A DNA stretch of 64,000 bases from Dehalococcoidia bacterium (GTDB lineage: Bacteria; Chloroflexota; Dehalococcoidia; Tepidiformales; Tepidiformaceae): the NCBI GenBank assembly GCA_022827945.1, contig JAJEIT010000060.1, positions 34,184 to 98,183 of the forward strand, given 5' to 3'. Every line of letters begins with the position of its first letter. Within the stretch, counting starts at the first letter, position 1. Below the pieces are notes generated by a model that worked only from the letters and a program-made list of their open reading frames with translations, made no database searches and was not told the origin of the DNA. A program made the translations under genes and the position numbers. This document shows positions 16,996 to 26,130 of this stretch, piece by piece.

Positions 16996-18225
16996 GTGGC
17001 AAAGCCGCTCGACGACATCAGAATCCTTGACCTGACGTGGGTGCTCTCGGGGCCGTACGCCGCGATGGTGCTGTCGGACCTGGGGGCGGACGTGATCAAG
17101 GTGGAGCGTCCGCCGTGGGGGGACGTGGCCCGCACGAGCGGCCCCTACCAGAACGGCTGGAGCGGCTACTTCTTCAGCATCAACCGGGGGAAGCGGTCGA
17201 TCGCGATCGACCTGACGCGGGACGAGGGGCGCGGCCTGCTGCTCGACCTCGCGGAGAAGGTCGACGTCGTCATGGAGAACTTCACACCGGGCACGATGGA
17301 CCGGCTCGGGATCGGGTACGAGACGCTGCGGGAGCGGAACCCGGGACTGATCTTCGCGAGCACGTCCGGGTTCGGGCAGACGGGTCCGTACCGGGACCAC
17401 CCGGCGGTCGACATCATCGTGCAGGGCATGGGCGGCGTGATGTCGATTACGGGCGAGCCGGACGGCGACCCGGTGCGCCCGGGGGTCTCGTACGGCGACA
17501 TCGTGGGGGGGCTCTACACGGCCATCGGCATCCTGACGGCGCTGCACGAGCGGGGAAAGAGCGGTGAGGGGCAGGCAATCGATATCAGCATGCTCGACGC
17601 GCAGGTGAGCGTGCTGGAGAACGCGATCATGCGGTATTTCGTCACGGGTGAGGCGCCGAAGCCGCTCGGCACGCGGCATCCGAGCGCGACGCCATTCCAG
17701 GCGTTCCCCACGGCGGACGGGTGGATCGTCGTGGCGCTGGCCTTCCGGGACGAGCAGTGGCCGATCCTGTGCGCGCTGCTGGGCGTGACCGACCTGATCG
17801 ACGACCCGCGCTTCGACACGGGGCCGAAGCGGACGGCGAATCATGCGGCGCTGGAGCCGCTGCTGTTCGAGGCGTTCCGCAAGGAGCCGCGGGAGCACTG
17901 GCTGAAGGAGTTCCTCGCGGCGGATATCCCGAGCGGGCCGCTGAACACGATCGCGGACGTGGTGAACGATCCGCAGGTGCGGCACCGCGAGATGATCCAG
18001 GAGGTCACGCACCCGGTGGCGGGGACGCTGCCGGTGGCAAGCACGCCGGTGCGGCTATCGCGGTCGGAGTCGGGGATTGCGGGACCGCCGCCGAGCATGG
18101 GCGAGCACACGGCGGAGGTGCTGGGCGAGCTGCTGGGGATGGGCGCGGAGGAAGTGGAGGCGCTGCGCGAGGCGGGGGTGGTCGCGACCGAGGGCGGGCC
18201 GGACATCTCGGAGCTGACGCGGTAG
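16996..18225 (+). CDS. Family III CoA-transferase (CaiB/BaiF family), copy 1
   Basis: 409 aa. IRILDLTWVLSGPYAAMVLSDLGADVIKVERP..GD and ENFTPGTMDRLGIGYE are typical of CaiB/BaiF/Frc-type transferases. Confidence 0.9.
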   Translation: MAKPLDDIRILDLTWVLSGPYAAMVLSDLGADVIKVERPPWGDVARTSGPYQNGWSGYFFSINRGKRSIAIDLTRDEGRGLLLDLAEKVDVVMENFTPGTMDRLGIGYETLRERNPGLIFASTSGFGQTGPYRDHPAVDIIVQGMGGVMSITGEPDGDPVRPGVSYGDIVGGLYTAIGILTALHERGKSGEGQAIDISMLDAQVSVLENAIMRYFVTGEAPKPLGTRHPSATPFQAFPTADGWIVVALAFRDEQWPILCALLGVTDLIDDPRFDTGPKRTANHAALEPLLFEAFRKEPREHWLKEFLAADIPSGPLNTIADVVNDPQVRHREMIQEVTHPVAGTLPVASTPVRLSRSESGIAGPPPSMGEHTAEVLGELLGMGAEEVEALREAGVVATEGGPDISELTR

Positions 18226-18227
18226 GG

Positions 18228-19013
18228 CTAGAGGCCCTTCTCGGCGCAAAGATCCTCGTCGAAGAGGATGTGGCCGGTGAACTCGGCGGGGGGCTGCTCG
18301 CAGATCCAGACGGTTCCCTTCGACATGTGCGGAGCGCGCTCGAACTCGAGGGTGGGGTTCTCGGGGTCGTTCTCGGCCCAGATGTTGCCGGGCGTGCGGA
18401 TGCGTCCGATGGGGGAGAGCACGTTGACGGCGATTCCGTCGTCCTGCAGCTCCATGGCGAGGGCCTGCGAGTAGCGTTCAAGGCCGGACTTGACCATGGC
18501 GTAGAAGCCGCCGCTTGCGCGCGTCTCGAGGTAGGGGCCGGGGCCGGGGAAGACGCCCGCGCGTGAGGAGACGTTGACGATGTGCCCTCCGCCGCCGGCG
18601 CGAATGTGGGGCACGCAGGCGCGCATGAGGAGGAGGGGTCCGCGCAGGTCGATCTGCCAGATCAGGTCGAGGTGGCGGGGCTGGACGGTCTCGATGGAGC
18701 CGGGCACGAGGATGGCGGCGTTGTTCACGAGGATGTCGACGCGGCCCCACTCCTCGACGACACGGTCGACGCCGGCGGTAATGCTCTCGGGATCGCGCAC
18801 ATCCATGCGCACGGCCAGCGCCTCGCCGCCATCCGCGCGGATGCCTTCGACGACGGTGTGGATGGTGCCGGGGAGGCGCTTGTCGCGGACCTCCTCGGTG
18901 CGCGCGGCGATGGCGACCTTCGCGCCTGCGGCGGCGAGGGCGACGGCGACATCCTCGCCGATGCCGCGGCTCGCGCCGGTGACGATCGCGACCCTGCCGT
19001 CGAGCGTTCCCAT
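18228..19013 (-). CDS. SDR family oxidoreductase
   Basis: The track ORF extends to 19280. ATG at 19013 is preceded by GGGAGG and 7 nt. Cofactor motif VTGASRGIG. 261 aa. Confidence 0.88.
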   Translation of the reverse strand: MGTLDGRVAIVTGASRGIGEDVAVALAAAGAKVAIAARTEEVRDKRLPGTIHTVVEGIRADGGEALAVRMDVRDPESITAGVDRVVEEWGRVDILVNNAAILVPGSIETVQPRHLDLIWQIDLRGPLLLMRACVPHIRAGGGGHIVNVSSRAGVFPGPGPYLETRASGGFYAMVKSGLERYSQALAMELQDDGIAVNVLSPIGRIRTPGNIWAENDPENPTLEFERAPHMSKGTVWICEQPPAEFTGHILFDEDLCAEKGL

Positions 19014-19107
19014 GGCAAACCCTCCCGCTGAATCGGGCGACATCGTACGCGAGCGGGGCGGCGGGCGGGCGGCGTAGACTCGCCGCGCGACGCACGAGGA
19101 GGACGCC

Positions 19108-20079
19108 ATGAACGTAGCCCCAATCGACATCGCCAGCCGGCTCGACGACGAGCACCGGCCCGTCTTCGAGGGGATGCCGCGACCGGAGCGCGACTGGGCG
19201 GACATTCCCGGCACGCGGGAGCGGATGGCGGAGATGCGGGCGGCGCTGCCGCAGCCGGTCCTGCCGGCGAACGTGGCCATCGAGGACCGGACGGTTCCCG
19301 GTCCGGAGGGCGATCCCGACGTTGCCGTGCGCCTCTACCGGCCGGAGGGACTGCCGCAGCCGGCGGCCGCCCTCTACTGGATCCACGGCGGCGGCATGGT
19401 GATGGGGAACGTCGAGATGAACGACCCCTATTGCGCGAACGTCGCGGACAAGCTGAACGTGCTGGTGGCATCGGTCGAGTACCGGCTGGCGCCTGAGCAC
19501 CCGTTCCCGGCCCCGCTTGAGGACTGCTACGCGGGTCTTGCATGGCTGTGGCGGTCGCGGGAGGAGTTCGGGCTGGACCCGGAGCGCATCGCCGTGGGCG
19601 GTGCGAGCGCGGGCGGGGGGCTGGCGGCGGGCGTCGCGCTGGCGGCGCGGGATCGGGGCGAGATCTCGCTGTGCTACCAGCTGCTCGTCTACCCGATGCT
19701 CGACGACCGCAACGAGACGCGCAGCAGCTACGCGGTGACGGACGGTCGCACCTGGAACCGGGAGGCGAACGACGCAGGCTGGAACGCCTACCTGTCGGGG
19801 AACGCGGGCGGCGACGGCGTATCGCCGTACGCGGCCCCCGCACGGGCGACGGACCTCGCGGGCCTGCCGCCGGCCTACATCAACGTGGGGGACCTCGACC
19901 TGTTCGTCGACGAAGACGTGGCCTACGCGCGGGCGATGGGAGACGCGGGCGTCCCCGTCGAGCTACACATCTATCCGGGGGCCTACCACGGGTCGAACGG
20001 CGCGGTGCCGACGTCAGTGCTGTCGCGCCGCTGGGCGGCGGACGAGCTGGCGGCCCTGGGTCGCGTGCTAGGAGGGTGA
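19108..20079 (+). CDS. Alpha/beta hydrolase fold-3 esterase/lipase (HSL/Aes-like)
   Basis: GAGGAGG SD. Oxyanion motif HGGGMVMG, nucleophile elbow GGASAGGGLA, C-terminal HIYPGAYHG. Confidence 0.88.
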   Translation: MNVAPIDIASRLDDEHRPVFEGMPRPERDWADIPGTRERMAEMRAALPQPVLPANVAIEDRTVPGPEGDPDVAVRLYRPEGLPQPAAALYWIHGGGMVMGNVEMNDPYCANVADKLNVLVASVEYRLAPEHPFPAPLEDCYAGLAWLWRSREEFGLDPERIAVGGASAGGGLAAGVALAARDRGEISLCYQLLVYPMLDDRNETRSSYAVTDGRTWNREANDAGWNAYLSGNAGGDGVSPYAAPARATDLAGLPPAYINVGDLDLFVDEDVAYARAMGDAGVPVELHIYPGAYHGSNGAVPTSVLSRRWAADELAALGRVLGG

Positions 20080-20083
20080 GGCG

Positions 20084-20572
20084 ATAGCGGACATCGAGCA
20101 GTCGGTTCTCGAGACGCTCGACGCGCTCGGGATCGAGTACGAGCGCATCGAGATCGACCCGGCGCACGGCGACACGGCCGACTTCTGCCGCGAGTACGGC
20201 TACCCGGTCCCCGAGTGCGGGAACACGATCCTGATCGCCTCGCGCAGCGAGCCGCGCCAGTTCGCGGCGTGCGTCGTGCGGGCGGACACGCGGCTCGACG
20301 TGAACCGTCGCGTGCGCAAGCTGATGGGCGTGCGCAAGGCGTCGTTCGCGTCGGCCGAGGACACGGTCGCGCACACGGGCATGGCCATCGGCGGCGTGAC
20401 GGCCTTGGCGCTACCCGAGGGCCTCCCGATCTACGTCGACGCGGCCGTGTTCGAGCTCGACCGCGTCATCCTCGGAAGCGGCGTGCGCAGCTCGAAGATC
20501 GCGGTCGCGCCGGATGCGCTCAGGCGCGTCCCGGGGGTAGAGGTAGTGGAGGGGCTGGCGGTGGCGGGGTAG
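20084..20572 (+). CDS. YbaK/EbsC/ProX-type aminoacyl-tRNA editing (deacylase) domain protein with no canonical start codon covering its N-terminus
   Basis: The track reports only 20276..20572 (98 aa). The frame is open from 20072, and in-frame translation gives ..AIADIEQSVLETLDALGIEYERIEIDPAHGDTADFCREYGYPVPECGNTILIASRSEPRQFAACVV.., which matches a YbaK-type N-terminal half. There is no ATG/GTG/TTG before 20276. GGAGGG (20071..20076) sits 7 nt upstream of ATA at 20084. A start there gives ~162 aa, the normal family size. Confidence 0.6.
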   Translation: MADIEQSVLETLDALGIEYERIEIDPAHGDTADFCREYGYPVPECGNTILIASRSEPRQFAACVVRADTRLDVNRRVRKLMGVRKASFASAEDTVAHTGMAIGGVTALALPEGLPIYVDAAVFELDRVILGSGVRSSKIAVAPDALRRVPGVEVVEGLAVAG

Positions 20573-20576
20573 GGCG

Positions 20577-21809
20577 CTACGCCCGCTCCGGCATGCGGTA
20601 GTTGGGGGGTGGGTCGTGGCCGACCCAGGTCTTGCCGATGTTCTCGTAGTGGCGGTACGAGATGAGGGCATGGGTGGCGGACTGGTGGGCGTCGCGGAGC
20701 TTGCGCTCGAGGGGGCTGTCCATGCGGCTGCCGGTGGTGCCGGCGGTGTTGTTCAGGACGCCCACCATCTGGCGGACGGACTGGGCGGCATGGGCGCAGG
20801 CGAGCTGGGCGAGGCGGGCGTGCTCCCAGTCGGGGTTGAGGCGGCCGCCCTGTGAGGGGAGCGGGCCGAGGTGCTCCTCGAGGGCGTCCTGCGTGTCCAT
20901 GACGAAGGTGCGCGCGGCCTGCAGGGTCGCTTCCGCCTCGCCGACGCGGTACTGGGCCTGCGGCTGGTCCTTGAGCATGGAGCCGGAGCCCCAGGGGGTC
21001 TTGACGTTCGCGAGCTCGATGAACGAGTCGATGGCGCCTCGCCCCACGCCGAGGGCGACGGCGGCCTTGTTGTAGACGGCGTGGGTCGGGTTGCGGTAGG
21101 TGGGGCTCTCCCAGATCTCGCTGGAGGCGAGGGCGACCTCGGGGAGGGTGTGCTCGGGGGGCACGTAGCAGTCGGTCATGCGCACGTCGTTGCTGCCGGA
21201 GCCGCGCATGCCGGCGGTGTCCCAGGTGTCGACGACCTCGAACTCACCGCGCGGCACCATGAAGGAGTTCACTGGGGTCTCGCCCGTGTCCTCGTCGGTC
21301 ATCTGCGAGGCCATGACGAAGTTCCAGGTGGCGTTGTGGCTGCCGCTGGCGAAGGAGCCCTGATAGTTGAGGCGCCAGCCGTCGCCGTCGCGACGGGCCT
21401 TGCGTCCGGGGTTGGGGCCATTGGGGGGTCCGAGGCCGGAGCAGACGAGGACGTACCAGTCGTCGCAGATCTCGTGGGCCAGCGCGGGCTCCATGCGGCG
21501 GATGACAAGGGCGTTGATCTCGGAGTTGATATGGACGCACCAACCGACGGAGCCGTCGATGGCGGAGGCGGCCTCGACGTTCTCGATTTGCGCGCGGGCA
21601 TTGACGTTCTCGCCGCCGAGCTCCTCGGGGAGGACGAAGCGGTAGAGGCCCTGGTCGGCCATCTCCTTCGAGGCCCACTCGGGGAGGTGGCGGAGCTCCT
21701 GCGCCTCGTCGCCGGCCTGCAGGAGCATCTCCTTCATGCCGGCGATGCGCTCGAGCATGGGCGTCTGCCTGATTACGTTCTGGCGCTCGATGATCTCGGG
21801 ACGAACCAT
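20577..21809 (-). CDS. Acyl-CoA dehydrogenase-fold protein (group D flavin monooxygenase-like), paralog 1
   Basis: 410 aa. The AGGAG SD overlaps the stop of the upstream paralog. Blocks RHLPEWASKEMADQGLYRFVLPEELGGE, GWCVHINSEIN, GMRGSGSNDV and PLERKLRDAHQ. Confidence 0.85.
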   Translation of the reverse strand: MVRPEIIERQNVIRQTPMLERIAGMKEMLLQAGDEAQELRHLPEWASKEMADQGLYRFVLPEELGGENVNARAQIENVEAASAIDGSVGWCVHINSEINALVIRRMEPALAHEICDDWYVLVCSGLGPPNGPNPGRKARRDGDGWRLNYQGSFASGSHNATWNFVMASQMTDEDTGETPVNSFMVPRGEFEVVDTWDTAGMRGSGSNDVRMTDCYVPPEHTLPEVALASSEIWESPTYRNPTHAVYNKAAVALGVGRGAIDSFIELANVKTPWGSGSMLKDQPQAQYRVGEAEATLQAARTFVMDTQDALEEHLGPLPSQGGRLNPDWEHARLAQLACAHAAQSVRQMVGVLNNTAGTTGSRMDSPLERKLRDAHQSATHALISYRHYENIGKTWVGHDPPPNYRMPERA

Positions 21810-21818
21810 GCGGGGCTC

Positions 21819-23042
21819 CTAGGCGCGGGTGGGGGTGGCGTACTGCGGGGGCGGGTCCTCGCCGAGCCAGGTGCGGCCGAGGTTGCCGTAGTGCCGCCAG
21901 CTGACGCCGCCGTGCGCCGCCGCCTGATGGGCGTCGCGGAGCTTGCGCTCGAGCGGGTGGCTCATGCGGCTGGCGGTGGTGCCGGCGGTGTTGTGGATGA
22001 CGTCGACGACGTGGCGGCAGGCCTGGGCGGCGTGGGTGGAGGCGAGCAGGCCACGGCGGGCGAGGGGCCAGTCGGGGTACTCCTTGCCGCCGTCGAGGGG
22101 TCCGAGGTCGGCCTCGATCTCGTCCTGCGTCTCCATGAGGAACGCACGGGCCGCGGCCCAGGTCGCCTCCATCTCGCCAAGACGGACGGGGGCCTCGGGC
22201 AAGTCCTTGAGGAGGGACCCGGCGCCCCACGGGGTCTTGGTCACAGCGAGGGTGGTGAACTCGTCGAGGGCGCCGCGGGCGATGCCGAGGGCGACCGCGC
22301 CCTTGTTGTAGGGCACCTGGTTGGGATTGCGGTAGGTGGGGTTCTCCCAGAGCTTCGTGGGGGCGAGGGCGGCCTGGGGGAGGACATGCTCGGGGGGCAC
22401 GTAGCCGACGACGCGGACATCGTGGCTGCCGGAGCCGCGCAGGCCGGCCATGTCCCACGTATCGACGATCTCGAATTCGCCCTTCGGAATCATGAAGGCG
22501 GCATCGACCGGCTTCTCGGTTGTAGGGTCGATGGTCTCGCCGGTGAGGACGAGGTTGTAGGTGGCGCTGTGGCAGCCGCTGGCGAAGGCGCCCTGGTAGG
22601 TCACGCGCCAGCCGTCGCCCTCGCGCTGGGCCTCGCGGCCGGGGAAGGGGCCGTTGGGGGTGCCGAGCCCGGAGCAGACGAGGTAGTTCCAGTCGTCGCA
22701 AATCTCGTGAGCGAACTCGCGGGTCATCTGGCGCAGGACGAGGGCGTTAATCTCGGAATTGATCTGGACGCACCAGCCGACGGAGCCGTCGATGGCGGAG
22801 GCGGCCTCGATGACCTCGATCTGCTCGCGGGCGAGCAGGTCTTCGCCGCCGAGCTCGGCGGGGACGACCATGCGATAGATGCCGGCGTCGATCATCTCCT
22901 GCACGGCCCAGGCGGGCATGTGGCGAAGTTCCTGGGCTTCGTTGCCGGCCTGGACGAGCGCTTCGCGCATGTTGGCGAGGCGATCGAGGATGGGAGTGTC
23001 GTGAAGCGCTTCCTGGCGATCGAGAATCTCTTGTCGGACCAA
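21819..23042 (-). CDS. Acyl-CoA dehydrogenase-fold protein (group D flavin monooxygenase-like), paralog 2
   Basis: The track ORF extends to 23543. TTG at 23042 is preceded by GGAGG and 7 nt, giving (M)VRQEILDRQEALHDTP... This is collinear with paralogs 1 and 3 from the first residues. 407 aa. Confidence 0.85.
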   Translation of the reverse strand: MVRQEILDRQEALHDTPILDRLANMREALVQAGNEAQELRHMPAWAVQEMIDAGIYRMVVPAELGGEDLLAREQIEVIEAASAIDGSVGWCVQINSEINALVLRQMTREFAHEICDDWNYLVCSGLGTPNGPFPGREAQREGDGWRVTYQGAFASGCHSATYNLVLTGETIDPTTEKPVDAAFMIPKGEFEIVDTWDMAGLRGSGSHDVRVVGYVPPEHVLPQAALAPTKLWENPTYRNPNQVPYNKGAVALGIARGALDEFTTLAVTKTPWGAGSLLKDLPEAPVRLGEMEATWAAARAFLMETQDEIEADLGPLDGGKEYPDWPLARRGLLASTHAAQACRHVVDVIHNTAGTTASRMSHPLERKLRDAHQAAAHGGVSWRHYGNLGRTWLGEDPPPQYATPTRA

Positions 23043-23111
23043 CGTCGGGCCTCCGGTTCGGGAGTAGAAGCGGGATGATACCGGCTTTGGGAGCACGGGA
23101 AGCGCCCAGCC

Positions 23112-23552
23112 ATGTGCGACACTTTGTCCATGGCAGAGCTTGAGCCGCGCGACATCGTCGCGAGCTACGTGGAGCGCGTGTGGAACCTCGGCGACAGCTC
23201 GGCGGTTGTCGAGTACTGCGCCGATCCCTACGTCCGGCATGATGCGGGCCGGTCGCGGGTGATGAGCCATGCGGAACAGCTCGAGCGCGTGACAAGCGAG
23301 CGGGCGGCAGGAACGGCGGCGGACGGGCGCAGCCTGCATTTCGAGACGCTGCTGCTGGCGGGGGACGGGCGGGACGTCACCTGGGTCTGGAACATGACGG
23401 GGCCCACGGGCACAGAGCTGGCGGCGTCGGGGGTGGAGGCGGAAGTGGTGGGGGACGAGTTGCGCATCTGCGGGATCGAAGTGTTCCGGGTAGTGGACGG
23501 GCGCATCGCAGAGGTGTGGAACAGCCCCGCGATGGCGGGGCACTGGGGCTAG
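23112..23552 (+). CDS. SnoaL-like / ester cyclase (NTF2-fold) protein
   Basis: 146 aa with IVASYVERVWNLGDSSAVVEYCADPYVRHD and a C-terminus EVFRVVDGRIAEVWN, typical of this fold. The start could instead be ATG at 23130. Confidence 0.65.
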   Translation: MCDTLSMAELEPRDIVASYVERVWNLGDSSAVVEYCADPYVRHDAGRSRVMSHAEQLERVTSERAAGTAADGRSLHFETLLLAGDGRDVTWVWNMTGPTGTELAASGVEAEVVGDELRICGIEVFRVVDGRIAEVWNSPAMAGHWG

Positions 23553-23574
23553 CGGACCCTCAAGGCGGCGCTGG

Positions 23575-23603
23575 TTGGCGGACGCGGCGGGCGCGGTGAG
23601 AAT
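23575..23603 (+). promoter_or_regulatory. Sigma70-type promoter of MMPL transporter 1, leaderless configuration
   Basis: TTGGCG (23575..23580), 17 nt, GAGAAT (23598..23603, preceded by TG), 8 nt, then ATG at 23612. Confidence 0.55.
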
Positions 23604-23611
23604 GGCGCGCC

Positions 23612-26074
23612 ATGGGACGGGTGCTCGACGCGCTGAGCTGGGTCGTGACGGTGCGGCCGGTCGTGACGCTGGCAGTGGTCGCCGCCATCACGGTCGCGCT
23701 GGGGGCGGGCATCCCGCAGCGCGCGCCGCAGGCCGACAACGAGATCTTCCTCTCGGACGACAGCGACGTCGCGGTAGCGCTCGCCAAGCTGGAGGAGCGA
23801 TTCGGGCAGTCCGCGGAGACGGCGGCGGTGACGCTGCTCTTCCGCGGAGAAGCGCTCACGCCGGAGGGACTCACGCAGATCGACCGCGTGATCAAGCGGG
23901 TCACGACGGACCAGCGGGTAGCGGACGTGCTGGCGGCGGGGGAGGCCGTGGTCGCACCGACCGAACCGTTGGCGGCGGTGCTTGGGATGGAGGGGTTCGA
24001 GGGCGTCACGCAGGCCGAGGTTGATGCGGCGCTCGAACGCATCCGGAGGGAGGCAGGGCTGGCGGAGCAGCGAGCGGTACTCGACTCGCTGACGGGCACG
24101 GACGAGGACGGCACGCCAATCGCGATCGCCACCATCCGCCTGCGCGACCCGGGCGACATCGAGACGCTGATCGAGGCGGAGCTGGCGATCCACGAACTCA
24201 CGGAGTCGGTCGAGGGGCCACTGGCGGCGCGCAGTGTCTCGGAGGCGACGATCGACGAGGAGGGCGACCGGGCGACGGGTTCGACAATGCTGCGGCTGAT
24301 GGGCGTCGCGCTGCTCGTGATCGCGGCGCTCACGTTCCTGTTCATGCGCTCGCCGTCCGACCTGCTGCTCACGCTGGCGGGGCTTCTGGTGACGATCGTG
24401 TGGATCACGGGGGCGCAGGGGTGGCTGGGACCGAACGCGCTGGGGTGGATCGGTCCGCCGAACATCCTGACGACGATGGTCCCGATCATGCTGATCGGGC
24501 TGGCGGTCGACTACGCCATCCAGACGGTGGCGTTCTACCGGGAGCGACGGATCGAGGGCGAACCGGTGGGGCGGGCCGTGCGGCAGGGGCTTCGCACGGT
24601 CACGATCCCGCTGGCGCTGGCGGCGGGGACGACGGTCGTCAGCTTCCTGACGAACCTCGCTTCGCCGATCCCGGCAAACGGCGACTTCGGCATCACGGCG
24701 GGGCTCGGGGTGGCGTTGGGATTGATCGTGATGCTGACGCTGGTGCCGGCGGGGCGGGCGTTGATCGACCGGCGCCGGGAAGGGAAGGGGAGCCTGCCGG
24801 CAGCGCGCCCGATCGCGAACGCGCTGCCGGGCGTGGGCGGGGCGGTGGAGGCGCTGGGAAGGGAGCTGGCGAGGCGACCGGCGCCCTATCTCGCGCTGGT
24901 GGCAGTGGTGACCGTGCTGCTCGCGCTCGCAGCCACGCGCATCGACTCGACCTTCGACACAAGGGACTTCCTGCCTTCCGGCGGCGATGCGATGACGGAC
25001 CTGGAGACGCTCGACGCCGCCTTCGGGGGCTCAACGGAAGCCGTGAACGTGCTGATCGAGGCGGAGGTGACGCAAGCGCGCACGATCCTGAACCTGCTGG
25101 ACTTCACGGACGCATTCCAGGACGACCTGCGCCGGCCGGTGGGGGTGACCGGGGATGTTCAAGGCTCGGTGGGACTGCTCGTCCTTGACTGGATCACGGA
25201 CAGCGGCGCGCCCGGGGACAAGTACGACCCGGAACTGGCAACGCTGTTCGACGAAGCGTCAGCAGGCGTACGGGTGGACCCGGTGCTGGCGCAGGCGTTC
25301 CTTGACCGGCTGGCAAGCCTCGATCCCGACGCGGTCACGCGGGTGCTGGTGAACAACCCCGGCGGCAAGGACTCGCTCCTGATCCAGTTCCGGGCGCTGG
25401 CGGGCGACCAAAGGCGGACGGCCGCCATGCTTGAGGACGTCAACGGACTCTGGTTCGGGGGAGAGGACGAGTTCACCGCGACGTCGGGGAGCATCATCAG
25501 CCTCGAGATCGTCGAGGTCATCACAGAGAGCCAGACGGAAGCAATCGTGACGACGATCGGCGCGGCGCTCGTCATCCTGACGATCTTCTTCTGGGTGACA
25601 CAGGGGCAGCCGGCCCTGGGGTTTATCGCCGTCGGACCGATCGTGCTGGTGCTGGTGTGGGTGCTGGGCACGATGGCGCTGCTGGGCATTCCCTACAACG
25701 TCGTCACCGCGCTGATCACGGCGCTCTCGATCGGGATCGGCGTGGACTACACGATCCACGTCATCCACCGCTACAAGGAGGAGTTCGCCCACCTGGGCGA
25801 CCCGGAGGCGGCGGCGAGCCGGACGCTTGCGACGACAGGCTCGGCGCTGATCGGGTCGGCGCTGACGACGGCGCTGGGGTTCGGGGTGCTGGTGTTCTCG
25901 CCGCTGACGCCGTTCCAGCAGTTCGGCGTCGTCACGGCGATCACGATCGCGTACGCGCTGGTCGCTGCCGTGTTGGTTGTGCCACCGGCGATGATCGTGT
26001 GGGGGGCGTACCAGAACCTGCGGCTGCGGCATGCGGTGGAACGGGCGCGTACGGAGCTCGGGGAGGAGCCGTAG
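23612..26074 (+). CDS. MMPL-family RND-type membrane transporter, copy 1
   Basis: 820 aa with two 6-TM bundles, each preceded by a large extracytoplasmic domain. Conserved blocks LLIGLAVDYAIQ and ALSIGIGVDYTIHVIHRYKEE are typical of MMPL/RND proteins. Confidence 0.88.
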   Translation: MGRVLDALSWVVTVRPVVTLAVVAAITVALGAGIPQRAPQADNEIFLSDDSDVAVALAKLEERFGQSAETAAVTLLFRGEALTPEGLTQIDRVIKRVTTDQRVADVLAAGEAVVAPTEPLAAVLGMEGFEGVTQAEVDAALERIRREAGLAEQRAVLDSLTGTDEDGTPIAIATIRLRDPGDIETLIEAELAIHELTESVEGPLAARSVSEATIDEEGDRATGSTMLRLMGVALLVIAALTFLFMRSPSDLLLTLAGLLVTIVWITGAQGWLGPNALGWIGPPNILTTMVPIMLIGLAVDYAIQTVAFYRERRIEGEPVGRAVRQGLRTVTIPLALAAGTTVVSFLTNLASPIPANGDFGITAGLGVALGLIVMLTLVPAGRALIDRRREGKGSLPAARPIANALPGVGGAVEALGRELARRPAPYLALVAVVTVLLALAATRIDSTFDTRDFLPSGGDAMTDLETLDAAFGGSTEAVNVLIEAEVTQARTILNLLDFTDAFQDDLRRPVGVTGDVQGSVGLLVLDWITDSGAPGDKYDPELATLFDEASAGVRVDPVLAQAFLDRLASLDPDAVTRVLVNNPGGKDSLLIQFRALAGDQRRTAAMLEDVNGLWFGGEDEFTATSGSIISLEIVEVITESQTEAIVTTIGAALVILTIFFWVTQGQPALGFIAVGPIVLVLVWVLGTMALLGIPYNVVTALITALSIGIGVDYTIHVIHRYKEEFAHLGDPEAAASRTLATTGSALIGSALTTALGFGVLVFSPLTPFQQFGVVTAITIAYALVAAVLVVPPAMIVWGAYQNLRLRHAVERARTELGEEP

Positions 26075-26093
26075 GGAAGCTCACGCAGCCGTG

Positions 26094-26122
26094 TTGCCAG
26101 CCCGCGGAAGCGTCGTGAGAAT
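26094..26122 (+). promoter_or_regulatory. Sigma70-type promoter of MMPL transporter 2, leaderless configuration
   Basis: TTGCCA (26094..26099), 17 nt, GAGAAT (26117..26122, preceded by TG), 8 nt, then ATG at 26131. The geometry is identical to the copy 1 promoter. Confidence 0.55.
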
Positions 26123-26130
26123 GGCTCTCC

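Noticed and set aside
20871-23078. Very long ORFs opposite to or out of frame with real genes. Examples: 20871..23078 (+, 735 aa), 35949..37835 (+, 628 aa), 47788..49473 (+, 561 aa), 13290..15026 (-, 578 aa), 40780..42579 (-, 599 aa), 27385..28785 (-), 55820..57217 (+), 10231..11610 (+), 1531..3171 (+).
   Set aside because: Their translations are low-complexity and rich in Gly, Arg, Ala, Pro, Asp and His, with no recognisable motifs. Each fully overlaps a gene with clear family signatures on the other strand or in another frame. Such shadow ORFs are expected when stop codons are rare in high-GC DNA.
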